DNA of 64,000 nt, taken from positions 704,001 to 768,000 of the forward strand of contig OY821645.1 in assembly GCA_963682135.1 (NCBI GenBank), read 5' to 3'. The position numbers and the translations under genes were made by a program. Every line of letters begins with the position of its first letter. The stretch's first letter is position 1. Below the pieces are notes generated by a model. The model saw only the letters and a program-made list of their open reading frames with translations. It ran no database searches and was not told where the DNA came from. The DNA is from Methanothrix sp. GTDB taxonomy: Archaea > Halobacteriota > Methanosarcinia > Methanotrichales > Methanotrichaceae. Below are positions 8,757 to 18,846 of this stretch, piece after piece.

Positions 8757-10113
8757 CGTAACCCCATTTGCCAATGTAAGCCTGCACATCGAATTTTCTT
8801 TTTGCGCCATTATAGTTCATGTAGCGCACCTTGCCAAATATCGCCCTTTCCTTCCAGGCTCGATCATGAAGGCCGCCCAGGCTCCAGGCAATTCCCGTAT
8901 ATCCGTTGGGATCTCTTCCGTCCAGTTCATACCGATCATTCAGATAGATCGCTAATGCCTGAGCTGCAGCGGGCGACGCCGTCCACTCCAGAATCTTTTT
9001 GGCCCAGTACATTCTCATGTAGCCGTGCATCTTTCCAGTTCGAAGCAGCTCCCGTTGGGCAGCATTCCACAGTTCGTCATGGGTGCCTGCCTTCTCCAGC
9101 TCCGAAAGAGTGTAAAGGTATTCTCTTCTATCTTTTTCATGCTCGCGAAGGCTCTTAATTGCCCAGGATGCAAAGCCCTGCGTATCATCATAGTGCTGAT
9201 TGTAGTAGCAGTAATTCTCGGATAATTCTCTTCGCACTATCAGCTCCTCTAAAAATGCGCCTGCATCTTTGCGGCTTCTCAAAACTTGCAGAGCGATTCG
9301 TTGAGCCGATATCTGGCCGAAGTGCAGATAAGGAGAAAGGCCGGACTGTCCATCAATATTGGGATCATTCCTATCCCTTTCGTAACCGTCCAGCTTGTGC
9401 TCCAGGAAATGGTCCATTTGCCTCATGGCCGCCGCCTCTCCCGGCACTATCCATTTTGCCTCCGGCATCGCGTCTGCTCTTAAGGATCTTTCCGCTTCCC
9501 CCCAGTCATTCTCAATAGCGCCGGTTCCCTGAGGATAATTGCTCTCTCTCACAACGAGATCCTTCTTGGGCAAAGTCGGGAACTCATCAAGAAATTCAAA
9601 GAGAAGTCGATTCACTTTGGGACGGAAACTGTAGGCTGCCCATTCCTGTTTTTGGGATGCCTGCCAGCAAGGAATGATGTTGTGGGCATCAACCTCGTAA
9701 AAGGATATTTCGTTCACATCTGCAAGTACGCTTTTCCACTGCCTGCTTTGCCGCAGAGGGGAAAAATCACATACTAAAGCACCTGCATCCATTTCTTCAA
9801 TCAGACGAGGTATCTCTCTGCCGGGATCGCCCCGGAGAAGGAAGAAAGGAATGTTTTGAGCCTTCAGGTTATTTTCCATCTCCTTTAACCCTCGTAGCAT
9901 AAAGAGATACTGCCTTTCGGTCGCACCCAAGAACAGGGAAGCCTGGCAAAAGGCTACCGCCGGATAGGTATCGTACTTTTTGGCAAGCTCTCCGGCATAG
10001 AGCAGAGCCCAGTTGTCGCTGACGCGCTGGTCGCGACTCATCCAATAGATCACAGGGCCTTTCGTTTGGCTTTTTTTCGTCAAGGCTCTTACCCTTTTGG
10101 GATTGATGAGCAT
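8749..10113 (-). CDS. phr: Class II CPD DNA photolyase
   Basis: YWMSRDQRVSDNWAL, SGLSPYLHFGQIS, MHGYMRMYWAKKILEW, LDGRDPNGY. Confidence 0.93.
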   Translation of the reverse strand: MLINPKRVRALTKKSQTKGPVIYWMSRDQRVSDNWALLYAGELAKKYDTYPAVAFCQASLFLGATERQYLFMLRGLKEMENNLKAQNIPFFLLRGDPGREIPRLIEEMDAGALVCDFSPLRQSRQWKSVLADVNEISFYEVDAHNIIPCWQASQKQEWAAYSFRPKVNRLLFEFLDEFPTLPKKDLVVRESNYPQGTGAIENDWGEAERSLRADAMPEAKWIVPGEAAAMRQMDHFLEHKLDGYERDRNDPNIDGQSGLSPYLHFGQISAQRIALQVLRSRKDAGAFLEELIVRRELSENYCYYNQHYDDTQGFASWAIKSLREHEKDRREYLYTLSELEKAGTHDELWNAAQRELLRTGKMHGYMRMYWAKKILEWTASPAAAQALAIYLNDRYELDGRDPNGYTGIAWSLGGLHDRAWKERAIFGKVRYMNYNGAKRKFDVQAYIGKWGYDE

Positions 10114-10381
10114 AATAGCTATTACTGTTATTATTACTATTTATAGAAACCATTGCTTGATGGCGTCAAAAAATATGAGTGATAATGATTCATCAACCAC
10201 ACATCGATCACCTGTAATAGTGGTGATTAAATGCGAAATTACCATGTGGATGAAGGCTGATATACCCGGTAGAAGTTAAGTCAGAAGATTATCTGAATTG
10301 TCTAATATCATGAAAATATCTTCCGAAAGACCTATAAGGCAGTGAGGAGAGCAGAAGTCGAAGTTCAGACAGGTCGTCTCA

Positions 10382-13300
10382 ATGGCATACGATATCTTAT
10401 GGCGCTATGATGTTGATTCTCAGAAAAGGATCATTGATTCCTACATCTCACCGGTCGCGGACAAGATGCTGGGCTTGCCAGAAGATACCATCAGAAACAG
10501 CTTCCAAATATATTTTTCATATGTACATCCCGATGACTTGCCAGTCGTGCAGGAGATGCTTTCCGAAGCTATAGGGACGCCTGGGAAGGAGAAAAACGCA
10601 GAATACCGATTGCGAAAGGCTGACGGAAGGATGCTTTGGGTTCGTTCCCGGAGTCATGCCAATTGGCAGCCCGACGGCCGGATCAATATCTTTGGCTCTA
10701 CAATTGAGATCAATGACAGCAAGCAAGAAGAAGAAGAACTCAAAGAATCAAAGCTGCGATTAGCCAATATCATCGATTTTTTGCCGGATGCCACATTTGC
10801 CATAAGCCGGGACGGAAAGGTTCTCGCCTGGAATCATGCTATTGAGGTTATGACCGGTGTACCAAAGGAGGAGATCGTGGGCAAAAGCAATTATGCCTAT
10901 GCAGTACCGTTTTTTGGCGAAGCCCGGCCGATTCTCATCGATCTCATCTTTGAGAAATTACCGAAATTTGAAGAGAGATATATTTCTTTTGCAAGAAAAA
11001 GAAACCAATTGGTTGCCGAGGCTTTTGCGCCCCGGCTCAACCGGGGTAAGGGTGCCTATCTCTGGGGTATTGTCTCTCCTCTTTATGATAGCTATGGCAA
11101 TATTGTAGGAGCAATCCAATCTATCCGCGATGTCACCGAACGTAAAGCCGCAGAGCATGCGCTGCAGGAAAGCGAGGAGAGGTTTCGTACACTCTTTGAG
11201 AGTTCTCAAGACGCATTGATTACCCTCTCCCCGCCCTTGTGGAAGATCAACTCAGGCAATCCGGCGGCAATCAAGATATTCGGGATAAGAGACGATAAGC
11301 AGCTTACATCATTTTGTCCCTTGGATCTCTCACCGGAGCGCCAGCCGGATGGGCAGAAATCCTCCGATAAATTCAAGGAGATGATGGATATCGCCATGCA
11401 AAAGGGCTCCCATTACTTCGAATGGATACACAATCGGCTAAATGGCGAGCAGTTTGCGGCAACAGTTCAGCTTACCCGCATGCAGCTGCAAGGTAAGATA
11501 TTGATACAGGCCAACGTGCGAGATATCTCCGAGCAAAAATGGGCGGAAGCGGCGCTAAAGGGAAGCGAGAAGCGCCTCATGCGAGCGGAGGAGATCGCCC
11601 GTTTCGGTCACTGGGAGTTCTCAATAGACGAGAAACTGATGCGCGCCTCAAAGGGGGCAAAGCGCATTTATGGTTTGGAGGGTGAAGAGTGGCCTCTTTC
11701 TGATGTGAAAAAAATTCCCTTGCCCGAGTACCGCACGCTCCTCGATAGGGAACTTTCAGAATTGGTTATGAATGGAAGGCCGTATAATGTGGAATTTAAA
11801 ATTCAAAGGCCATCCGACGGACAGATTCTTGATATTCATTCACTTGCAGAATATGATCCTGCAAAAAGAATGTTGTTTGGCGTCATAAATGATGTCACGC
11901 AGCGCAAGAAAGCAGAGGAAGCCTTGCGGGAGAGTGAACTGAGGCTAAGAACCATTTTTCAGACCTCCTCTGCAGGAATAATCATAGTTAATCCCCAGGG
12001 GAGAATTACACAGGCAAACCAGAGGATGGCAGAAATGTTTTCCTGCCCGCTGCAGACGATTATAGGCACTGCGTATCCTTCCTTTATTCATCCGGATGAA
12101 CGCTCGCAGGGAACAGATCGCATGCAAGCATTGATGGAAAAGAGGATCGATACAGTCTATACGCAGCGACATTATCTGCGTAGGGATGGCGGCGATTTTT
12201 GGGGATTAATAAGTGGCCGACGGATGGTAGGATCGAATGGAGAGTTCATTGGCCTGCTGGGCATCATATTCGATATAACCGATCACAGGAACGCTGAGTT
12301 GGCGCTAATGTCATCAGAGCAGGAGAAGGCGGCAATTCTGAATGGATTAAGGCATGTTTCTGTGGAGTACCTTGATACCAACATGCGCATTATCTGGGTG
12401 AATAAAGCGGTGCAAACCTCTCTTGGATTATCTATGGAGCAGATAAAGGGCAATTACTGCTATGAGATCCTGCAGAAACTCAAGGAGCCGTGTCCCGGAT
12501 GCACGGCATGCAAAGCCGCAAAGACAGGGCATTTTCAGGAAGGGGAGATTGTGACCCCCGACGGCAAGACCTGGCTGTCAAGAAGCTCTATCATCAAAGA
12601 TGCAAATGGTTGTGTCCAGGGAATAGTCCATGTGGCTATGAATATCACCGAGCGCAAGAGGACAGAGGAAGAGATCAGCTCGAATCTTGAGGAGCTCAAG
12701 AGATCCAAGACCCAGATTCAGCAATCAAATTCGCTGCTTTCAGCAATTATGGCAAGCCCCAATAATATCGTCGTTTTCGCATTGGACAGGGAGTACAGAT
12801 ATCTGGCATTTAATCAAAATCATAAAAATACTATGTTGGCCATTTGGGGGGTTGACATTGAAATCATGGCAAATATGCTCGATTACATTACAGATGCCGC
12901 TGACCGCAGCAAAGCAAAGCGAAACTTTGACCGAGCACTGGCAGGCGAGCACCTGGTTATTATTGAGGCATATGGAGACAACGATCTGCAGCGTCGCTAT
13001 TATGAGAACCATTACAGCCCCATCAGAGGAGAAGACGGTCTCTTCATCGGACTGACTGTATTTCTGTTCGACATTACTGAGCGCAGGCGCATGGAGGAAG
13101 AGCTGCAACAAACCAATCACGATCTGGAAATTGCCATTAAGCAGTCAAATGAATTGGCTAAACAAGCCGAGCATGCCAATACTGCCAAGAGCGAATTCCT
13201 GGCTAACATGAGCCATGAGATCCGCACTCCATTAAACGGCGTTATAGGCATGACCGGACTGTTGCTGGATATGGATTTAGATGCAGAGCAGCATGAGTAT

Positions 13301-14353
13301 GCACAAATTGCCCATATCAGCGGTGAGATGCTTCTATCTCTAATCAACGATATCCTTGACTTCTCCAAGATCGAGGCCCGCAAACTGGAAATGGAAATGC
13401 TGGATATCGATATTCGCTCCATCATGAAAGAGACTGCAAATCTCCTGGCATTCAGTGTCCGGGAGAAAGAGCTGGAATTGCGCTGTCAGGTGGAGCCGGA
13501 AGTTCCATCCAGGCTGAGAGGCGATCCGGGAAGGCTGCGCCAGATTCTCATCAACCTGGGCAGCAATGCTGTAAAGTTCACTGATAAGGGCGAGATCGAA
13601 ATTCGCGCTTGCTTGGAGAGCGAAGATGAAATAAATGCCACAATTCGCTTCTCTGTAAGAGATACAGGTATTGGCATCCCGGCAGATCGGCAAGATATTC
13701 TCTTCTCACCTTTTTCACAATTGGACAGATCGACAACGCGAAAATACGGTGGAACCGGCCTCGGTCTGGCCATATCTAAACAACTGGTGGAAATGATGCG
13801 TGGTAGGATCGGCCTGGAAAGCAAGGTGGGCATAGGTTCTATCTTCTGGTTCACAGCCGTGTTCGAGAAGAAGATGACAAGGCCGGAATCGGCAGATGGT
13901 GAGCCCATGAAGATTAAAGGAAAGGCAGGAATAGATGGCATCGTGGCAAGGCCTGCAATTTCCCAATCATCCAAACGCAAGATACGCATTCTGGTGGCGG
14001 AAGATAACCCCGTAAACCAGAAAGTGGCCCAGGCATTGCTGCGCAAGATGATGTTACAATCGGATGTTGTTTCTAACGGTCTGGAGGCAGTCAATGCACT
14101 GCAGACCACACCCTACGACCTGGTGCTGATGGACTGCCAAATGCCTGAGATGGACGGTTACGAGGCCACGAGTAAGATCCGTGAGCAAGGATCCAAGGCA
14201 CTCAATCCATCCATTCCCATCATTGCCATGACAGCTCTCGCAATGCTTGGAGATAGGGAGAAGTGTATTCAGGCCGGAATGAACGATTTTATTGCCAAAC
14301 CGGTCTTGCGAAGAGATCTGACAAGAATGCTTACCCGATGGCTGGGGATTTAA
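10382..14353 (+). CDS. Multi-PAS hybrid sensor histidine kinase/response regulator
   Basis: Multiple PAS/PAC units ending DITER; FLANMSHEIRTPLNG, NLGSNAVKFT, DTGIGI, GTGLGL; receiver ILVAEDN...LMDCQMP...AKP. Confidence 0.92.
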   Translation: MAYDILWRYDVDSQKRIIDSYISPVADKMLGLPEDTIRNSFQIYFSYVHPDDLPVVQEMLSEAIGTPGKEKNAEYRLRKADGRMLWVRSRSHANWQPDGRINIFGSTIEINDSKQEEEELKESKLRLANIIDFLPDATFAISRDGKVLAWNHAIEVMTGVPKEEIVGKSNYAYAVPFFGEARPILIDLIFEKLPKFEERYISFARKRNQLVAEAFAPRLNRGKGAYLWGIVSPLYDSYGNIVGAIQSIRDVTERKAAEHALQESEERFRTLFESSQDALITLSPPLWKINSGNPAAIKIFGIRDDKQLTSFCPLDLSPERQPDGQKSSDKFKEMMDIAMQKGSHYFEWIHNRLNGEQFAATVQLTRMQLQGKILIQANVRDISEQKWAEAALKGSEKRLMRAEEIARFGHWEFSIDEKLMRASKGAKRIYGLEGEEWPLSDVKKIPLPEYRTLLDRELSELVMNGRPYNVEFKIQRPSDGQILDIHSLAEYDPAKRMLFGVINDVTQRKKAEEALRESELRLRTIFQTSSAGIIIVNPQGRITQANQRMAEMFSCPLQTIIGTAYPSFIHPDERSQGTDRMQALMEKRIDTVYTQRHYLRRDGGDFWGLISGRRMVGSNGEFIGLLGIIFDITDHRNAELALMSSEQEKAAILNGLRHVSVEYLDTNMRIIWVNKAVQTSLGLSMEQIKGNYCYEILQKLKEPCPGCTACKAAKTGHFQEGEIVTPDGKTWLSRSSIIKDANGCVQGIVHVAMNITERKRTEEEISSNLEELKRSKTQIQQSNSLLSAIMASPNNIVVFALDREYRYLAFNQNHKNTMLAIWGVDIEIMANMLDYITDAADRSKAKRNFDRALAGEHLVIIEAYGDNDLQRRYYENHYSPIRGEDGLFIGLTVFLFDITERRRMEEELQQTNHDLEIAIKQSNELAKQAEHANTAKSEFLANMSHEIRTPLNGVIGMTGLLLDMDLDAEQHEYAQIAHISGEMLLSLINDILDFSKIEARKLEMEMLDIDIRSIMKETANLLAFSVREKELELRCQVEPEVPSRLRGDPGRLRQILINLGSNAVKFTDKGEIEIRACLESEDEINATIRFSVRDTGIGIPADRQDILFSPFSQLDRSTTRKYGGTGLGLAISKQLVEMMRGRIGLESKVGIGSIFWFTAVFEKKMTRPESADGEPMKIKGKAGIDGIVARPAISQSSKRKIRILVAEDNPVNQKVAQALLRKMMLQSDVVSNGLEAVNALQTTPYDLVLMDCQMPEMDGYEATSKIREQGSKALNPSIPIIAMTALAMLGDREKCIQAGMNDFIAKPVLRRDLTRMLTRWLGI

Positions 14354-14408
14354 GAAAGAACAATGGCATTTTTCTTCCAACAGATCTATCAATCAGAACT
14401 AATCATAA

Positions 14409-17132
14409 GTGTTAGTGATAATCATGGGCGATGAGGAAGATTGGCGTGTGGCCGAGGTCAATGGAGGCATCGCCGAAAGAAAGCAGGCGGAGCTAGCGCT
14501 ACGACGAGAGAAAGAGCAGGCTCAGCTATATCTTGATATTGTGGGGACAATAATTATCTCCATCAGTTCCGACCATACCGTAAGTCTGGTCAACCAGGCC
14601 GGCTGTCGTCTGCTGGGATACCGTGAAGATGAGATTATAGGCACTAACTGGTTTGAGCGTTTTTTGCCGGCACGGGAAAGAGTAGATGTTGAACAGATAT
14701 TTGATCATTTGATGGCCGGGATTATTGAGCCGGTCAGGCATGTAGAGGGCATAGTACTGACCCGCAATGGTGAGGAGCGGATAGTCTCCTGGCTTAACAC
14801 CGTATTAAGAGATGAGGGAGGCAATATCACAGGTACCATTTCCTGCGGCGAGGATATTACTGAGCGCAAGAAAGCAGAAGAGAAAATTGCATCATCAGAA
14901 GCGCTTCTAAATGCTACTCTTGATTCTATTCCTGATATCATAGGGATACAAAATCCAGACCATACAATCGTACGCTATAACCGCGCAGGATATGATTTCC
15001 TGGGCCTTTCCCAAGAGGTGGCTCACGGGCGACGATGCTACGAACTAATCGGACGGAGTATTCCCTGCGAAGAATGTGCATCCTCAAAGGCACTCAAGAC
15101 GAAGAAGCTGGAACAGATAGAGAAATATTTGCCCGAATATGGAGTTTATTTGGACTGCCGGTCTAATCCTGTATTGAATAAAGACGGTGAGATCGAATAC
15201 ATTGTCGAGCAGCTTCGCGATATCACCGAACGCAAGCAAGTCGATTTGAGCCGGGCCCGTTCCTTGGAACGCCTGGAGAGGTTGAATTTGCTTATGCAGA
15301 CTCTGCTAAGCCCTGGCAAATTGGAGCAGAAACTCAAGAAGATCACCGATGGCGTGGTGGATATCTTCGGGGCCGACTTTTGTCGCATTTGGATTGCCTG
15401 TCCCGGAGACCTATGCGATGCAGGGTGCATACATGCAGCAGTGACTGCTGGACCGCACGTCTGTCTTCATAAAGATCGATGTCTTCGACTTCTTGCCAGT
15501 TCGGGACGCTATACCCACACGGACGGAGAGATTCACAGACGAGTGCCTTTTGGTTGCTACAAGATTGGTCGCATCGCATCGGAGAAGGAACAGAGATTTC
15601 TTACCAACGATGTGCAAAGCGATCCTCGCATTCACAATCGCGAATGGGCTAAGGAGAACGGCCTCGTCTCATTTGCCGGCTATCAGTTGCGTCACCCTGG
15701 TGGTGATGCCCTGGGAGTCATGGCGCTTTTCAGCAAGAAACCTATCACCTGCGAGGAAGATGCCCAGCTCAATATCCTGAGCAATACAGTCACTCAGGTC
15801 ATTCAAACTGCCTGTGCGGATGAGGAGATGCTTGAGACTCTCAACGAAGCGACCAGACTCAACAAGTACCTCAATGAGCAGACCGCCCGAGCCAATGAAT
15901 TGGCAGATCTGGCCAGAAAGGCCAGTGCTGCCAAGAGCGAATTTTTAGCTAACATGAGCCATGAGATCCGCACTCCCTTGAACGGCATCATCGGCATGAT
16001 CGGGCTCTTGCAGGATATGAATTTGAATCCCGAACAGCTTGAATACGCAAGAATCGCCGGAATCAGCGGCGAAATTCTGATGTCTCTAATCAACGATATC
16101 CTGGACTTCTCCAAGATAGAAGCCCAAAAACTGGAGCTGGAGACACTGGACTATGATCTGCGCTCTGTGCTTGACAATACGAGAAACCTCCTGGCCATCG
16201 GGGCTCAAGATAAAGAGCTGGAATTGGTCTGCATTGTGGAGCCCTCTGTGCCTTCTTTGCTAAGAGGCGATCCAGGAAGACTGCGCCAGATTCTAATCAA
16301 CCTGGGGAGCAATGCCGTGAAGTTCACTGACCATGGCAAGATAGTAATTCGCGCCGGCCTGGAGAACGAAGACGAAAGAAATGCCACAATTCGTTTCTCT
16401 GTCAGCGATACAGGCATCGGCATCCCGGTAGATCGGCAAGATATTCTCTTCACTCTGTTCACTCAGGTAGACGGCTCGACGACACGCAAATACGGCGGAA
16501 CAGGCCTCGGTCTGGCTATATCCCGGCAGCTTGCAGAGCTGATGGGTGGTATGATCGGCGTGCATAGTGAGGTGGGAAAAGGCTCTACATTCTGGTTTAC
16601 TGCCGTTTTCGAGAAACAGCCGGCAAGGATCGAATCTGCCGAAGATATTGTGGGAATTGAGGTTGAAGGATCATCGCACCGGATCGAAGTGTCTGGATTT
16701 TCCCAATCACCCAAACGCAAAATACGCATCCTGGTTGCGGAAGATAATCCCGTGAACAAAAAAGTGGCTCAGGCCTTGCTCACAAAGATGGGGCTGCAAT
16801 CGGATGTTGTGGCCAATGGTCTGGAGGCCGTCAATGCTCTGCAGACCACTTCTTACGACCTGGTGCTGATGGACTGCCAAATGCCTGAGATGGACGGTTA
16901 CGAGGCCACGAGCAAGATCCGTCAGCCAGGTTCAAAGGCACTCAATCCATCCATTCCCATCATCGCCATGACTGCTCTTGCTATGCAGGGAGATCGTGAG
17001 AAATGCATTCGGGCTGGAATGAACGATTTCATTGCCAAGCCGGTCTTGCGAAGAGATCTGACTAAAATGCTCGACAGGTGGCTGTCAACAACGGCGGATG
17101 GTAAGCCGCTGCGATCTCTTAATATTCCTTGA
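14409..17132 (+). CDS. PAS/GAF hybrid sensor histidine kinase/response regulator
   Basis: Two PAS domains, a Cys-rich GAF, and HisKA/HATPase/REC motifs as in the upstream paralog; true start may be ATG at 14424. Confidence 0.92.
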   Translation: MLVIIMGDEEDWRVAEVNGGIAERKQAELALRREKEQAQLYLDIVGTIIISISSDHTVSLVNQAGCRLLGYREDEIIGTNWFERFLPARERVDVEQIFDHLMAGIIEPVRHVEGIVLTRNGEERIVSWLNTVLRDEGGNITGTISCGEDITERKKAEEKIASSEALLNATLDSIPDIIGIQNPDHTIVRYNRAGYDFLGLSQEVAHGRRCYELIGRSIPCEECASSKALKTKKLEQIEKYLPEYGVYLDCRSNPVLNKDGEIEYIVEQLRDITERKQVDLSRARSLERLERLNLLMQTLLSPGKLEQKLKKITDGVVDIFGADFCRIWIACPGDLCDAGCIHAAVTAGPHVCLHKDRCLRLLASSGRYTHTDGEIHRRVPFGCYKIGRIASEKEQRFLTNDVQSDPRIHNREWAKENGLVSFAGYQLRHPGGDALGVMALFSKKPITCEEDAQLNILSNTVTQVIQTACADEEMLETLNEATRLNKYLNEQTARANELADLARKASAAKSEFLANMSHEIRTPLNGIIGMIGLLQDMNLNPEQLEYARIAGISGEILMSLINDILDFSKIEAQKLELETLDYDLRSVLDNTRNLLAIGAQDKELELVCIVEPSVPSLLRGDPGRLRQILINLGSNAVKFTDHGKIVIRAGLENEDERNATIRFSVSDTGIGIPVDRQDILFTLFTQVDGSTTRKYGGTGLGLAISRQLAELMGGMIGVHSEVGKGSTFWFTAVFEKQPARIESAEDIVGIEVEGSSHRIEVSGFSQSPKRKIRILVAEDNPVNKKVAQALLTKMGLQSDVVANGLEAVNALQTTSYDLVLMDCQMPEMDGYEATSKIRQPGSKALNPSIPIIAMTALAMQGDREKCIRAGMNDFIAKPVLRRDLTKMLDRWLSTTADGKPLRSLNIP

Positions 17133-17490
17133 GAAGAAATTATCTCTTGTGAAGGATCTCTGCGAACTTTCCCAGCCGAAGAAAAAAAAGATGCTGGATT
17201 TAGCATCAGATATGGATAGAATCATACTTCTCCTCCTCTTCGAGACCGGTCTCGATCTTGAATGCCTGATCAATCTTGGCGTCTCTGATCTGGACATAGA
17301 GAGCGGACAGCTTCGAGTTGCTGAGAACAGAAAGATTCAGCTATCCAGTGCAACGCTTTCTGAGATCAGGCAATTTCTGAACTCCCGTCCCGGGCAGGTT
17401 CATCTCCTGGAGGGGAGGTGCGCTAAGCCGGTAACCAGCAAATGGAAGCGATGCGTGCTGGAAAGTCTGATGCGGAAATCTGAACAATAA
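17098..17490 (+). CDS. Short tyrosine-recombinase-like protein (box I region only, catalytic Arg absent)
   Basis: RIILLLLFETGLDLECLINLGVSDLDIE resembles box I LLxxTGLRxxELxxLxxxDID; no HxxR/Y region; start uncertain. Confidence 0.55.
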   Translation: MVSRCDLLIFLEKKLSLVKDLCELSQPKKKKMLDLASDMDRIILLLLFETGLDLECLINLGVSDLDIESGQLRVAENRKIQLSSATLSEIRQFLNSRPGQVHLLEGRCAKPVTSKWKRCVLESLMRKSEQ

Positions 17491-17527
17491 TGGAAAATGA
17501 TAAGAATGGATAAGCAAATCACCCCTC

Positions 17528-17974
17528 ATGCAATATTCTGAGGGCAGCTTGGGCCGCGTCTTCGTCCTGAGGATGGATCATGGCGAAGATCTCATAGAAT
17601 CGCTGCAAAAGTTCCAACGGGAGAAAAAGATCGAGTCTTGCACCGCTTTTTTCTTGGGGGCACTGCGTGATGGTCGGGCAGTGACAGGTCCAAAGTTGCC
17701 GGTAGTTCCTCCCACGCCCAATTTTGAAGCCTATGAGAGCGCCTGGGAGATCTTTGGCATGGCTACAATTTACCCATCTATTGAGGGGCCGAAGCTGCAT
17801 ATCCACAGCGCAATGGGACGGGGCCGGCAGTCCCTCTTGGGATGCATTCGAGATAAGGCTCAGGTCTACCTGATTGTGGAAGCGGTCTTATTCGAGATCT
17901 GCGGCCTTGCTGCAGAAAGAGCCTGGGATGAAAATATGCAGCTCTATCTGCTCTCCTTGAAGAACCGGCTCTAG
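17528..17974 (+). CDS. PPC/DUF296 domain protein
   Basis: GRVFVLRMDHGEDLIESL, LGAL, PKLHIHSAMG. Confidence 0.85.
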   Translation: MQYSEGSLGRVFVLRMDHGEDLIESLQKFQREKKIESCTAFFLGALRDGRAVTGPKLPVVPPTPNFEAYESAWEIFGMATIYPSIEGPKLHIHSAMGRGRQSLLGCIRDKAQVYLIVEAVLFEICGLAAERAWDENMQLYLLSLKNRL

Positions 17975-18352
17975 ACCTTTGAATTCATGCACAATGAAGA
18001 TCTCGCGACATCGCGAAGATACTTGCCTATTTTTGATAGCAATATAAAATCTGTTATTGCCAATAGTGCGCATGAGAATGGCGAAAGCTATTTATGAGAG
18101 TACTTAAGTCCAGCCAATAAAATTTGGTAAAACGAAAGCCTCCTCTCAGCTCTGCCTATTGTATCTGTTATGAATTATATGCACCATAAAATTCTCATAT
18201 AGAATCATTCTTGTCTAATTTAGTACATTAAAGAGCCAGGTGAATTTTTTTGTGAGTATGTGTATAGTTTGTAGATCACGATCTGTACACATGTGTCCAC
18301 TTTAAGTGTCTATTAATACTAGTGAATATTCTTTAGTGAACAGGAGAATTGA

Positions 18353-18760
18353 ATGAGACTTAGAGTAGTTAGTTCAAAAAATGAGATTTCAAATCTCAAT
18401 CCCAATGAGAAGATGGTTCATCTGGCTTTTCGCGCCAGCAATGTAGACTTCCTCAGCTTGATGCAGAGATGCCCCAGGCTGCGAATGATTCAGGTACCCC
18501 CATCCTATCACAAGACCATGTCCAACGCCATCCAGGTATTCCTGGACATGCAGGGCATTGAGCTATTGGAAGGAGATGTCTGGGGCCACAGAAAGGACCT
18601 GGACGAGTACTTCACCGTGGAAGATGCAACTCTGGAGGAGATCAGCTCTCTGGTTGCCAGCGGTGCCGCCATAGAGGATCTGGCCAGCCAGATCCAGAAG
18701 AAGGCCAGACTCGGCCCGGACCTCATCAAGTACATCGCAAAGAGCAAGATCACCGCATAA
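18353..18760 (+). CDS. DUF1699 family protein
   Basis: MRLRVVSSKNEI...VHLAFRASN...LLEGDVWGHRKD, typical of Methanosarcinales; AGGAG RBS. Confidence 0.85.
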   Translation: MRLRVVSSKNEISNLNPNEKMVHLAFRASNVDFLSLMQRCPRLRMIQVPPSYHKTMSNAIQVFLDMQGIELLEGDVWGHRKDLDEYFTVEDATLEEISSLVASGAAIEDLASQIQKKARLGPDLIKYIAKSKITA

Positions 18761-18846
18761 AGTCGGGACATCTTGTGCCGGGTGAGAATTTTCCGGCTAT
18801 TCTCTTTTATTTTCTAAGAAACTGATTTAATAAAATTGGGTGGTGA

